NCBI RefSeq assembly: GCF_004010195.1
Contig: NC_057728.1
Span: 49,733,476 to 49,797,475 of the forward strand
DNA from: Chiloscyllium plagiosum
Lineage: Eukaryota
DNA length: 64,000 nt
Direction of reading: 5' to 3'
In this document: positions 24,055 to 35,450 of the stretch, piece after piece
How the letters are laid out: each line of letters begins with the position of its first letter
Numbering within the stretch: position 1 is the stretch's first letter
Position numbers and translations under genes: made by a program
Notes under the pieces: generated by a model
Told to the model about the DNA's origin: nothing
Databases searched by the model: none
What the model saw: the letters and a program-made list of their open reading frames with translations, nothing else

Positions 24055-25057
24055 ATAAACAGCAATGTAATAATGAGTTGGGATTCTGTTTCAATTATGC
24101 TGACTGAGGCAGGATACTGAAGAGAACACCCTTTGCCACTTTTTTTATATTGTTCATTCTGTGAAAGAGCTGATGCAAACACAGATGGGCTGAATGGCCA
24201 CCTCCTGTGCCGTGACGATGTGGGCATCACTGAGAAGGCCAGAATCTGTTGGCAATCCCTATTTATTAGGGTGGTTTGCTCAGTCTTTTCAGAGGGAACT
24301 TCAGGCCCCATGTAGGCCGGACTGGCTAAAGGAGGTAGATGTCATTCCCAAAATAATATTAGTGAACCAGATGGGTTTTGACAACAATCACTGATCGTTG
24401 TCTTGGTCACCAACACAGACTAGCTTTTACTTATCAGGTTTAAATTTCACCAGTTGTTGTGAATTTGAACCAGTGACTCTGGAGCTCTAGCCTGGGCCTC
24501 TGGGTATTAATCCAGTGACTTTACCGCACCACTATAATCTAGCTTTTAAAATGGATGGGACTGAATAGTTGGCCAGGCAATGCCCGAAGCAGGGATCACA
24601 TGCCCCGTGCTGTTTCTGGCCCAAGCCCTTGCTGCTGCCTCCTCAGATCCCCCTCACACCACTCCCCCTCCTGAGGCCACGCCCCGTCAGGCTGGGATCT
24701 CCGCACTACAGCCCCTCCTCCCTCCAGCTCGAGCTAGAGCCCTGACCCACAGCCCCACTCTGATCTGAGCAGAACAGCCCAGACCTCGGGCCAGGCACAG
24801 TGGGCCCCCTGTTGGCCAGTTCCTGAAGTTACACCCCCCCCCTCCCCCATCTTTACAAATTACCTCACCCCACCCTTTACTCAAGACCCCGATTGTGAGG
24901 CAAGGTCAGAGGGCACAAAACATCAAGCACACAGAGTGGGAGTCGAGTCACTTGTAAACTGGGACCACGCAGGGATGGAAGTTTCCCAACCCCAAAGGAC
25001 ATCAGTGAACCAGTTTCACTTCCCTGCCGATTGAGCAGATTGCCCAGTTGCTTTCCT

Positions 25058-25230
25058 AGATCAGTTAGCTCAATTGGCTGGATGGTGGGTTTGTGATATC
25101 AACACCGGGGGTTCAATTCCCACACCGGCTGAGGTGATCATGAAGGACCCTCCCTTGCCTGAGGTGTGCTGTCCCTCAGGTTAAATCACCACCAGTCATC
25201 TCTCTCTCCAATGAGAAAGCAACCCTGCAC
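25058..25230 (+). mobile_element. tRNA-derived SINE, second family (related copies at about 27480-27670 and 55390-55570 on the minus strand)
   Basis: A box TAGCTCAATTGG, B box GGTTCAATTCC, body CCTGAGG...CCCTCAGGTTAAATCACCACCAG. Confidence 0.6.
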
Positions 25231-26091
25231 AAAGCTGAAGATGAGGTCGCTGCAGGGGTAAAGCTGAGACTTCCATGGTAACCTCTGGTATTGTGGGAAT
25301 TGAACCCAGACTATTGGCATCGCTACCCAGGTAACTGACCGTCTCCATACACTACGATGAGTATCAGGCCAAAATCTTTTAAATAAATTATTTAATTCCA
25401 ATTGCAAATCATTTTTACCAATGGCCCTGACCCCTCTCCTGAGGGGCTGGGGGTGAGGGGGATGGGGCAGCTAGTAGAGGATGCTGGGAATGGTTGGCGC
25501 GTAGACCAGGCAGTTTTTCTTATCTCTTGCAGCCATTCCAAGGATTCCTCCTCCACAACAGCAGCAAGAAATCCCGGATCTACTGGATTGACACGGATTC
25601 TTTGTAAAGTCAGAACTGCAATGCGCCCTTCACCCCCAGTGGAGAGTCAGGGACCAGGAAGAGGCTTTTCAGAGGGAATTCTAAAGCTCAGGACCCAGGC
25701 TGCTGCAGACCCCACCTTCAGTGACAGAGTGATTAAAATGGAGGGAACACCAGGAGTTCAGAATGAGAGCAATGCAGATGTCCCAGAGGGTAGTATGTTT
25801 GCAGGAAGTTACAGAGATAAGGAAGTGGCAAGGCCAAGGAACGATTTAAAGTCAAGATGAGGACTTTCTCAAGTATACAGCACATGAGAAATGGGTTCCA
25901 TCTGCACCGATATGAAGAGTCGATATGTAAATTAGAATCGGACTGGGTGAGAGGAGAAGTTATTTAATTGTGATGTGACCTCGACACCCTGCTCTGGGGA
26001 TTAGCACCTAGCTTGAGGCAAAACGACATCAGCAATGACGCAAAGGGAAACCAGGGGAAATAATCCCGTGGAAACAGTTCATAAAGCTCAC

Positions 26092-26179
26092 CTTTTTGTA
26101 GATACTGTGAAGGTCCCGATGTAACCATAGGCTGTACAGCAGGTTGGAGGCAGCGTTTCCAGCTGGGGTGGTAACATTA
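26092..26179 (-). CDS. PKP2: Plakophilin-2 exon (human exon 13 equivalent)
   Basis: 88 nt; NVTTPAGNAASNLLYSLWLHRDLHSIYKK; TTTTCCAG| acceptor, AAG|GTGAGC donor. Confidence 0.94.
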
Positions 26180-27216
26180 CTGGAAAATAGAGGCACCAAA
26201 GTTTCAGATCGCACACTGGAACCTTATAAACCATTTACAGCACAGAAATGAGCCTTGCACTCCCACTGGTTCCCAAGCAGTGTTGTGCTGTCTCCAAACC
26301 CGCTCCTGAACGGCCTGGGGTTTATATGCACTCCCCTCCTCTCCACAATGAGCTGGGGATACCGTGAGTATTGGCACTGTGGGGAGAGATGGTGGCCAGC
26401 CCACCAACCACACCCACTTCTTGTCCACCCCCAAACTGACCTCACACAATCATATGGCTTTATGGGAAACATACAAAATTCTTAGGGACTTGACAAGGTG
26501 GATGTTGAAAGGCTGCTTTCCCCTGTGGGACAGTCTAGGACCAGAGGGCATAATCCCAGAGCGAGGGCCCACCCAGTGAAGACAGAGTTGAGGAGGACTT
26601 TGTTTCTCTCAGATGGTAGTGAATCTGTAAATTCTTAGAGGTTGTTCAGGTTGGGTCATCAAGCATATTCAAGGTCAGGGTAGGGAGATTTCTAATTATC
26701 AGATCAGCCATTATCTCATTGAATGGGGATTCTGGCTCAATGGGCTGAATGGCCTCCTTCAGTTCCCACTAATAGAAAAGGTCGTCAAAAGATAGCACAA
26801 AATTATCAGGCTGAACAGCCTCCCTCTCTATTATTTCATTTTCGTAGATTAGCAGTGTCCAACAAAATGAACCCAAATGATACCAGTCCCAGCTGCAATA
26901 TGGCAGCAACTTGATTAAAGGACTCAATGAGTTATGTTGTGCAAATATCAACAGGATGGGCCTGGTAGATGCTAATGGGCATACATTTCCATCTCAGAAT
27001 CTTACCAAGAGCTACCCATACAGAAATAAAACATTGAGAGAGATGCAAAGATATAAAGAAATTGAAATATGGATTAGCTATTGTCCATTTTACACAATTG
27101 CTCATAGCCAAAGCCACCCCAGTACCTGGTGCCACATTGATCACATGCTCAATATTAAGACAACCCCCCGCCACCCCGTACACTGCTGTATCGTCCTGGG
27201 TGTCAGTCCCACTTAC

Positions 27217-27406
27217 CGGTCATCGTTGCTAATGCTTACGACTTTCTTCAGGCCTCCATTCTGCACAAAGTTGCGAGTATTCTGCGGGTTATTCTGAATG
27301 AGGTTGTTCAGCACATGGCAGATAAAAGAGATCGTCTCATTAGGCATCGGAGAGACAGTGTCTGGTTCCGGGAGAACAGATAGCAGGTCGGGCATGATCA
27401 GACTGG
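27217..27406 (-). CDS. PKP2: Plakophilin-2 ARM exon (human exon 12 equivalent)
   Basis: 190 nt; SLIMPDLLSVLP...CHVLNNLIQNNPQNTRNFVQNGGLKKVVSISNDD; CTCCAG| acceptor, CG|GTAAGT donor. Confidence 0.94.
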
Positions 27407-28284
27407 CTGGAGGTACAGAAGAGGAGGAGAACAAATACTAAAATTTCCATTAAGTGTAAATATAAAGTCACCATGTTGTCACAGGACCATAGGGCTGCTG
27501 TCTCATTCGAGAGAGACAACTGTTGATGGTTTAACCTGAGGGTCACCATGCCTCAGGAAGTTAATGAGAGACCTTCATGGTAACCTCAATCAGTGCAGGA
27601 ATTGAACCTGTACTGCTGGTGTCACTTTGTATCGCAAACCAGCTGTCCGGCAAACTGAGCTAACCGACTCTCAACTGCAGGCACAGCCGCTCAGAAAAGT
27701 CACTGCTGAGTGAGTGCTTCTCTCATGTGGTGAGTTCTGACTCCCGTTTGACCCTGGTGTTAGTGTCTGAAGCCTGTGGGGATCAATTCTACCCTCACTG
27801 ACAGATAAATTGTTGACTTTAGCCACTGGATCCCACTTTCCCCCATAAGGTTCAATATAGTGTGCATAGTGTTCATTCCATGCAGGCTGCCATATTGTTG
27901 ATGGCTGCTTCCTATGCATCCAGAGGGATAGGCCTGAAATATGCTACTAGAGAGGTCTGACATTAATTCCAGGCCCCTCCACCAGACTGCATTGCACACA
28001 CATCACTTCCAGCAGATTTTTGTTTTAAATGCTGCACCCGCTTCCTTGAATTGAGATCACGAGTGAAAACTGCTTATTCACTTAAGAAGTTGCTTACAGC
28101 GATCACTCTTGCCCCACTTTGTAAAAGACTAGACACTGAGAACTGCCTGTGCTGACATTGGTTCTGGCAATTCCTGTCCCAGGCTTCAGCTGCAGCCCAA
28201 AGTCACACTTCTGTTTGTGACGCGATTTCAAAAAATACATTTTCCACAAGCTATTTTCTATTTAGTAAACTACATTCGACTCAC

Positions 28285-28438
28285 TCAGTTCCTCGTGGAC
28301 CTTTGGGTTTCGTGACATGTTTCTCAATAAAGAGACTGCGGCTTTCTGTACACTCGACTCCTTCGAGTACAACATCCGTCTGATGTGCTGAAGTCCATTC
28401 TCTTTCGACGTGATAATTTCAGAAATGGTGAATCCCAT
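28285..28438 (-). CDS. PKP2: Plakophilin-2 ARM exon (human exon 11 equivalent; not in ORF track)
   Basis: 154 nt: MGFTISEIITSKENGLQHIRRMLYSKESSVQKAAVSLLRNMSRNPKVHEEL; TGTTAG| acceptor, A|GTGAGT donor. Confidence 0.94.
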
Positions 28439-29089
28439 CTAACAATGGCCAAACATGCAAGATTGAACCCTAGATCTTATTTCACATTGTTTAATCAGCT
28501 TCCCGTCACCGGCAGGGACAGTACAATACAAGCAAACTTCAGTGATTCATTAAAGTTAAAAGGAATTGGAATCAGCAAAACACGTTGCAGCAAATTTCAT
28601 CTGTCAAACCGACCACATACTGAACAATCCATTTTAAGGTCTGCACCTCAGTATCTCTTGGGAATTGGTAAGAATTGATAGTGAGAGCCAGGAAGTTAGG
28701 GTCCAAGTTCCACTCCAGGAGGTATGAGGAAAGCGTGTTCAAGTAAGTAGAATATCAACCAGCACTAATCTTTTAACACAAACCAAGGGCAGGTGGTAAG
28801 AGTGGGAACAGGCATGTGATAGAAAGAACATCGGAGATGCTACCATAATTACCCATAGCTCCAGAATATAATGTGTGGTAAATAGCATGTTACTGCAGTG
28901 ATTCGGACTCCTGGAGTGGTCTACCACACAAGACCATCTATCTCAGTACTATGCCATTGACTGACCACAGTTTAAGATCAGAACTGCTGCCACTACGTTG
29001 CATTAATTTGTTAAAATGTAATGTCCTAATTACACTCAAACATTAGTGAAAGAATCACGTGGTTTCTTTATCTGCATATAGCTGTGTCT

Positions 29090-29807
29090 GGATGTAGGTT
29101 GCTCACTGAGCTGGGAGGTTCATTTCCAGACGTTTTGTCACCCTACTAGGCAACATCTTCAGTGGGCCTCAGGTGAAGCAGTGTACATGATTCCTGCTTT
29201 CTATTTATAGATTTGGGTTTCTTTGAGTTAGTGATGTTATTTCCTGTGGTGATGTCATTTCCTGTTCTTTTTCTCAGAGGGTGGTAGATGGGGTGTAACT
29301 TGATGTGTTTGTTGATAGAATTCTGGTTGGAATGCCATGCTTCTAGGAATTCTCGTGCGTGTCTCTGTTTGGCTTGTCCTAAGATGGATGTGTTGTCCCA
29401 ATCGAAGTGGTGTCCTTCCTTATCCGTATGTAAGGATACCAGTGAGAGAGGGTCATGTCGTTTTGTGGCTAGTTGGTGTTCATGTATCCTGGTGGCTAGT
29501 TTTCTGCCTGTTTGTCCAATGTAGTGTTTGTTACCATTCTTGCACGGTATTTTATAAATGACATTAGTTTTGCTTGTTGTCTGTGTAGAGTCTTTCAAGT
29601 TCATTAGCTGCTGTTTTAGCGTGTTGATGGGTTTGTGGGCTACCATGATGCCAAGGGGTCTGAGTAGTCTGGCAGTTGGTTCCTGAGGCCCACTGAAGAT
29701 GTTACCTAGTAGGGTGATGAAATATCTGGAAATGAACCTCCCAGCTCAGCGAGCAAACCTACATCCAGAACCTCAACCTGAGCTACAAATCTTCTCAAAA
29801 CTCGCTA
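29090..29807 (-). mobile_element. 5'-truncated Penelope retroelement (family B) with GIY-YIG endonuclease and inverted pLTR
   Basis: ORF 29146-29646 NVIYKIPC...HYIGQTGRKLATRIHEH...FLEAWH; inverted termini about 29090-29175 and 29683-29767; perfect 14-bp TSD ATATAGCTGTGTCT (29076-29089 and 29808-29821). Confidence 0.92.
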
Positions 29808-30151
29808 ATATAGCTGTGTCTTCAAATAACATCTTTTGGGAATCTATGTGCAATTTGTAGCCAATTAGAGAGGCAGATAACTGGGGAAGTGATGAATTTA
29901 GACCCGTATGTGGCATAGGTTTAAAGGTTGTTCCTGTGCTGTTATACCTCAATGACTCTAATACACCCCAAATAACAGCAAAATAATGCGGATGCTGGAA
30001 ATATAAAACAAACACAGAGAATGCTGGAGAAACTCAGCAGGTCTGGCAGCATCTGTGGAGATAGAAAGAGAGTTAACATTTTGAGTCCGGTATGACTCAT
30101 AATATTTTGAGTCCCTTCACCAGGATGGAATTATGAGTCATACTGGACTCA

Positions 30152-30407
30152 AAATTGCTATCAATCATTACCTCAGTAAGATATGACACATTGCTAGGGA
30201 GACAGTTAGAAGCAGCAGTGATATATGTGGTCTGGCAGCATCTGCGGAGAGAGAAACAATGTTAATATTTTGAGTCCCTTCACCAGGATGGAATTAACAT
30301 TGTTTCTCTCTCCACTGATGCTGCCAGACCACATATATCACTGCTGCTTCTAACTGTCTCCCTAGCAATGTGTCATATCTTACTGAGGTAATGATTGATA
30401 GCAATTT
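30152..30407. repeat. 115-bp near-perfect inverted repeat with 26-bp spacer
   Basis: 30152-30266 is the reverse complement of 30293-30407, with two mismatches seen by eye. Confidence 0.9.
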
Positions 30408-30664
30408 AAGATATGCCTCCTTAAAAGATACATGCATTTAATATCAAGACAGTAACATCCATACTAACGAATGTCAGTGATGTACAGAACTGATTTCACT
30501 AGGAGTGAGCACACCAAGTACATGTTGTGTCACTGGGTGATGGTTCTGTTTTGGAGTTGTATAGGCACCAGGGATAGACACACGACAGGATGGGGCTTCA
30601 CAGAAACCAACATGGAGCCCAGTGTTCTCAGGTCAGGAGCAGGACTGGGATCTGTGATTTCTCT

Positions 30665-30979
30665 AGGCAGAAGTGGGTACTGCAGATGCTGGAGATCAGA
30701 GTCAAGATTAGAGTGGTGCCGGACAAGCACAGCAGGTCAGGCAGCATCTGAGGAGCAGGAAAATCGACGTTTCTGGCAAAATTCCTGATGAAGGGCTTTT
30801 GCCCAAAACGTCGATTTTCCTGCTCCTCAGATGCTGCCTGACCTGCTGTGCTTTTCCAGCACCACTCTAATCTTGACTCTGATCTCCAGCATCTGCAGTA
30901 CCCACTTCTGCCTAGTTGATTATAACCTTACTGCGAATCCTCTTCCAAGGATGCCTAGCTTGAAGAAGTTCTCCTCCTT
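30665..30979. mobile_element. Palindromic family A element with extension and TSD
   Basis: Arms of about 115 bp around a CTGATGA-AGGGCTTTTGCCC-AAAACGTC core; TSD TGTGATTTCTCT (30653-30664 and 30980-30991). Confidence 0.85.
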
Positions 30980-31204
30980 TGTGATTTCTCTCCCTGCCTC
31001 TGGTAAACACTAATTCATTTTGATTTGTGACCTAACTCCTGCAGTCGGGGCTTTGAATTCTGAGCTGCGGACCGTACCTGTTCACCTCAAAGAAAATCTA
31101 GCTGGATCTCACCTTGCCAGTTGCAGTAATAAAACACTGTGTGTGCATCTGCAAGAGACGGGCTGATGCCATTCTGAACATTATTTCCTGGGATTCTTTC
31201 TTAC

Positions 31205-31381
31205 CGGTCCATTACTGGCGGAGAGATTTTGGAGAGCTCCTAGAGAAGCCTCCTGGGTGCAGTTCCTGGTACTCCTCGCGACGAGAGAAAGGTACATCCT
31301 CACCACCAAACTATGCCAAAGCCACTCAATACCCTTGGGATTCCTCTTCTCTTCCAAAGTTGGAATATTGGCCAGGTCCTC
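31205..31381 (-). CDS. PKP2: Plakophilin-2 ARM exon (human exon 10 equivalent; not in ORF track)
   Basis: 177 nt, translated by hand: [65 protein letters not shown]| acceptor, CCG|GTAAGA donor. Confidence 0.94.
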
Positions 31382-31479
31382 CTGATGGGATAGATTCAGA
31401 ATCTATCAATAACTGGAAAAGAATCAACATGTACCTCGGGTGTAAACCATGAAATTTCTATTGTGAATCTTGCTTTATG

Positions 31480-31710
31480 TCAGGTTCAAGAACAGCTTCT
31501 TCCCTGCTGTTATCAGACTTATGAACTGACCTCTCAAAGAAGAATTGATCTTTCTCTGTCCCTTCTCTGTACTGTATAGTGTAACGCTATATCCTGCATT
31601 CTGTTACCCTGATGTAGAAATGTAAGGTATGATTTGCCTGGATAGCACACAAAACAATACTTTTCACTATATCTCGGTCCATGTAACAATAATAAATCAA
31701 ATCGAATCAA
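31480..31710 (+). mobile_element. Rex1/Babar-like LINE 3' end
   Basis: Encodes RFKNSFFPAVIRLMN, a Rex1-type C-terminus, followed by a 3' UTR and an AATAAATCAAATCGAATCAA tail. Confidence 0.65.
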
Positions 31711-32179
31711 GGATTAACATCACCTCAGAAGGCTCAGTATTTACTGGTACAATTGTACACAGAAAGAGATCTATGCCTGTTTGATCTGATTTATCTGAAA
31801 TTTCCAATTTCTGGATGATCCTATCAGTTCTGGTGTACTGGGGCTAACATTCATTTGGTAACCAACAAAACTAAAACAGATTATTTGGTCATTAACTCTT
31901 TCCTTTCTGGATCTTGTTTTTCCTACATTACACCCAGTGATTACACTGAAGTAATTCATTGGTTGTAAAGCACGTTGGGACTGAGTTTCTGGAAGAAGTG
32001 ACACAAAAGTCATTTATATTCTCACAATCAAGCCTGGCTGATTTAATCCAATGCTCCTCACAGTTATATTTTCCTGAAATTAAACATTAAGAGATTTCTG
32101 CACATGTAATTGTTCCTCAGGGTTGATTTTGGATTGATATGGTGTTGAGCCCTAGGCGAGGTAAATTGTGAGCACCTAC

Positions 32180-32338
32180 CTCCTTCAGCCGTGAACTTCG
32201 TGCTCCAAAGCACCCTCCTGACTTCTTCTGTGATGAGGCAGCATTTTTCCAGGCCAGATTCTCACAGTAGGCACTTGGCAGCTCACTCTCCAGTTGGAAA
32301 GACAGGTTATGTAAGATGCACATGCAGTTCTCTGTTGA
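32180..32338 (-). CDS. PKP2: Plakophilin-2 ARM exon (human exon 9 equivalent)
   Basis: 159 nt; STENCMCILHNLSFQLESELP...KSGGCFGARSSRLKE; CCTCAG| acceptor, GAG|GTAGGT donor. Confidence 0.95.
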
Positions 32339-32777
32339 CTGAGGAGAGAGCAAGGAGACTTATTCCAACCTGTCACAGACAGAACTGATTGCTAGAGAGT
32401 TCAACTCCTCAGAACTAGACACTCAAGCCTTAGACCACAGTGGGCTATCTCAAGGGGCGACTGGAAGGACAGTCTTTTTTATAAAAAGACATTCTTTCAG
32501 GGGATTGGCAGGGCCAACATTTAAAGCCCATTTCCCAATTTCCTTGGAGAAGGTGGTGGTGAGCTGCATTCTTGTATTGATGCAGTCCATGTGGCGTGCA
32601 GACACCCACACTCTTGTTAGGGAGGGGTTTCCAGGATTTGAACCCAGCCACAGTGAAGGAATGGTGTGCGATATGGTACCAGATAGGATGGTGTATGGTT
32701 TGAAGGGATCTCACTGGTGGGGTTGTTCCAGTCTGCATGGAAGATGGAGGCAACAAGACAGGACAGATTGAAGTAGG

Positions 32778-32899
32778 GGTCGAGAGTGTGGTGCTGGAAA
32801 AGTGCAGCTCCTGCTCCTTGGATGCTGCCTGACCTGCTGTGCTTTTCCAGCACTACACTCTTGACTCTGATCTCCAGTGTCTGCAGTCCTCACTCTCTC
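32778..32899. mobile_element. Short family A element with TSD
   Basis: Perfect 14-bp TSD CAGATTGAAGTAGG (32764-32777 and 32900-32913). Confidence 0.8.
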
Positions 32900-33219
32900 C
32901 AGATTGAAGTAGGTCCAGCAATATGGAGACTCACCAGCCTGGTCTCTAACATAGGCTCAAGGACATTCAAGCCCTTGAGGAGCTGTCTGCAGCTTATTGT
33001 TCTCAGGAGCAGATTAAAACTCTCCACTACCTTTCACACAAAGGTGCATTTTCAACTGACTAGCTACTTCAGAGAGGTGGAATTCCATCATGGAAAAAAA
33101 TATTATATTGTAACAGGTGCTGTTATACTGCGGATGTGGTGACAATGTCACTGGGTTGGAAATCCAGAATCACGAAGTTGAAGGATAACTAATTATAACT
33201 ACTTTTTTCAAAAAAAAGA

Positions 33220-33845
33220 GGGACAGAAAGCAGGTAAACTCAAACCAGTTAGCCTAATATCTGCCAGAGGAAAAAAGGTTCAAAGTTCTTATGAAAGATG
33301 TTTAGCAGGTTTTTCAAGGCAATCAGGCAAAGTCAACATGTTTTAGTGAAAAGAAAATCATTTCCAACCAATCTGTTGAAGTGTTTTGAGGAAGAAATGC
33401 ATGCTGTAGAAGGGGAAATTGGTGGATGTATAGACTTAAATTTCCAGAAGGCATTTGATTAGGTATGACATCAAAGGTTATTGTGGAAAATAAAAGTTCA
33501 TGGTCCAGAAGAATAGTTGGCAAACAGGAAGCAGAAAGTGAGGGCAAATGGGTCTTTTTCAAGTTTGGCAAGTGGTTTGGCACAGAACTGATGCTGGGAC
33601 CTCAACTGTTTGTAATTTACATAAATAATTTAGTTAAAGTGACAGAAGATGTGTTTTGCTAAATTTGTTCATGGCGCAAAGCTAGGTAAGACAGTAAATT
33701 GCGAAAAGGGCATAAGGAGACTACAAGATAAGTGAGGTGGCAAATGGAGTATAATGTCAGAAAATGTGAAATTATCCTTTCTGGCAGGAAATATAAACAA
33801 GAAGCATTTGATCTAAATGGTGAGAGATTGCAGAGCTCTGAGATG
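33220..33845 (+). mobile_element. Old CR1 RT fragment
   Basis: Remnants such as CCAGTTAGCCTAA, TTCCAGAAGGCATTTGAT and GCTGGGACCTCAACTGTTT. Confidence 0.6.
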
Positions 33846-34364
33846 AATCTGAACCTGAAGATCTGAAGAACAGTCACATTAGATTTAATACGTTAACTCA
33901 ATTCTACTCTCCATTGATGCTGCCGGACCTGCTGAGGTTCTCCAGCAGTTTCTGTTTCTATTTCATTGTAATTTCCTCATTTTTGTATTTTAAAGTGTTA
34001 CTTATAAAACTCTGAACCAATGTGCCTTTTCAACTACTTTTTCAAGCTCAGTGCCAGTACTAATGGATCACCCTTGCTCTTTGTTCTTTCACCTCCTTTA
34101 GAATTGTTTTATATTTTCTCTCTTTCCAAAATGCATCACTTCACACTCTTTTGTTCAGTTCCTTTTGTTTGAAGTGGTCTTTGTGCCAGTTTTTGCTGGT
34201 TATTTATTTCCTGGAATCCACAGCTCATGTCTGCGATGGTTCAAAAGGGAATGATCAGAGGAACAGCAGGATGGGGTATGGGCTGGTTTCAAACTCTTCC
34301 AGGGATGGAACATGAGCACTGGTGGAGGGGCTTGGAGGAATCACACCATAAAGCCTTGATTTAC

Positions 34365-34482
34365 CTTATCGTCCTCTTGATTATTGGCAATGGTGAACTG
34401 AATGAAGTGGACAAGGGAATCAATCAGCCCCTCACATTCTCTCATTTGTTTTCGGCCCTCTGGACTGGCTGAGCTCAGGTTT
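34365..34482 (-). CDS. PKP2: Plakophilin-2 ARM exon (human exon 8 equivalent; not in ORF track)
   Basis: 118 nt, translated by hand: NLSSASPEGRKQMRECEGLIDSLVHFIQFTIANNQEDDK; CT tract plus TACAG| acceptor, AAG|GTAAAT donor. Confidence 0.95.
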
Positions 34483-35259
34483 CTGTAGAGAGAGAGACAG
34501 TGGGAGCTCAGCAATCAATGCAAACTAACTTCAATTCTTTACAATTCTGATCAATTATTACATCAGACTTTACATGGTGGCCACTGTACATTGTAAGCGA
34601 ATTAGTTAGGTTATTACAATTGTATAAAGCAGACTATTCTGCACAGAGACATTGAATTTTATTGCAAATTCTGTAATATTCAAGGTGAAACGCTTTCTGA
34701 ATTCTTTGTTCTAAATTTTACAAAGCAAAGTACATTTTAAGAAAAAAAGCTACGTTACATGTATGCAGACAACCAATTTCCAATTCTAAGTGGCCAAAAA
34801 GCAAATGGATAACTGGAGTCCATAAGATGCTTTATATCCACATGTTAAAGAACACAATACAAATGATCTTATTTCTGTCATGGTCTGTTAGTGTTACTGG
34901 TCAGGTCAGCATTTCTGGTTCATTCCCAAGTGGGTGGGTTGGTAGGCCATTTCAGAATAACCGTGTTGCTTTGGTTCTGGAGACATAGGTCAGATTGAGT
35001 AAGGTTGGCAGATTTCCTTCCCTAAAAGGTTACTGGCAGGTTTTAGATGATAGTCACCATCAATCAGACTGGCCTTGCATGGGTTGAAATAAATTCTTCC
35101 AACTGCCATGGTGGGATTTGAAACTGTGTCTCCAAAGCATTAGCCTCTGGATTATTATGACACACCGCCATAGCTTAGTCAGAGGAAAAGGCCCTTATAT
35201 TTTTTAAAGTCTTTATGTTATTAACTGAAAGAACTGAATCTTGGTTCAGTGACCAAAGG

Positions 35260-35450
35260 AGAAAGTGAGGTCTGCAGATGCTGGAGATCAGAGATGGAAA
35301 TGTGTTGCTGGAAAAGTGCAGCAGGTCAGGCAGCATCTAGGGAACAGGAGAATCGACGTTTCGGGCATTAGGGCTAATGCCCGAAACGTCGATTCTCCTG
35401 TTCCCTAGATGCTGCCTGACCTGCTGCGCTTTTCCAGCAACACATTTCCA
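35260..35450. mobile_element. Near-perfect hairpin family A element with TSD
   Basis: Arms of about 79 bp (35292-35452), one mismatch, GG centre; perfect TSD TCAGTGACCAAAGG (35246-35259 and 35451-35464). Confidence 0.9.

Noticed and set aside
25402..25860. 152-aa plus-strand ORF in the last PKP2 intron
   Set aside because: Non-ATG start, no homology recognised, ends in an old LINE-like remnant.
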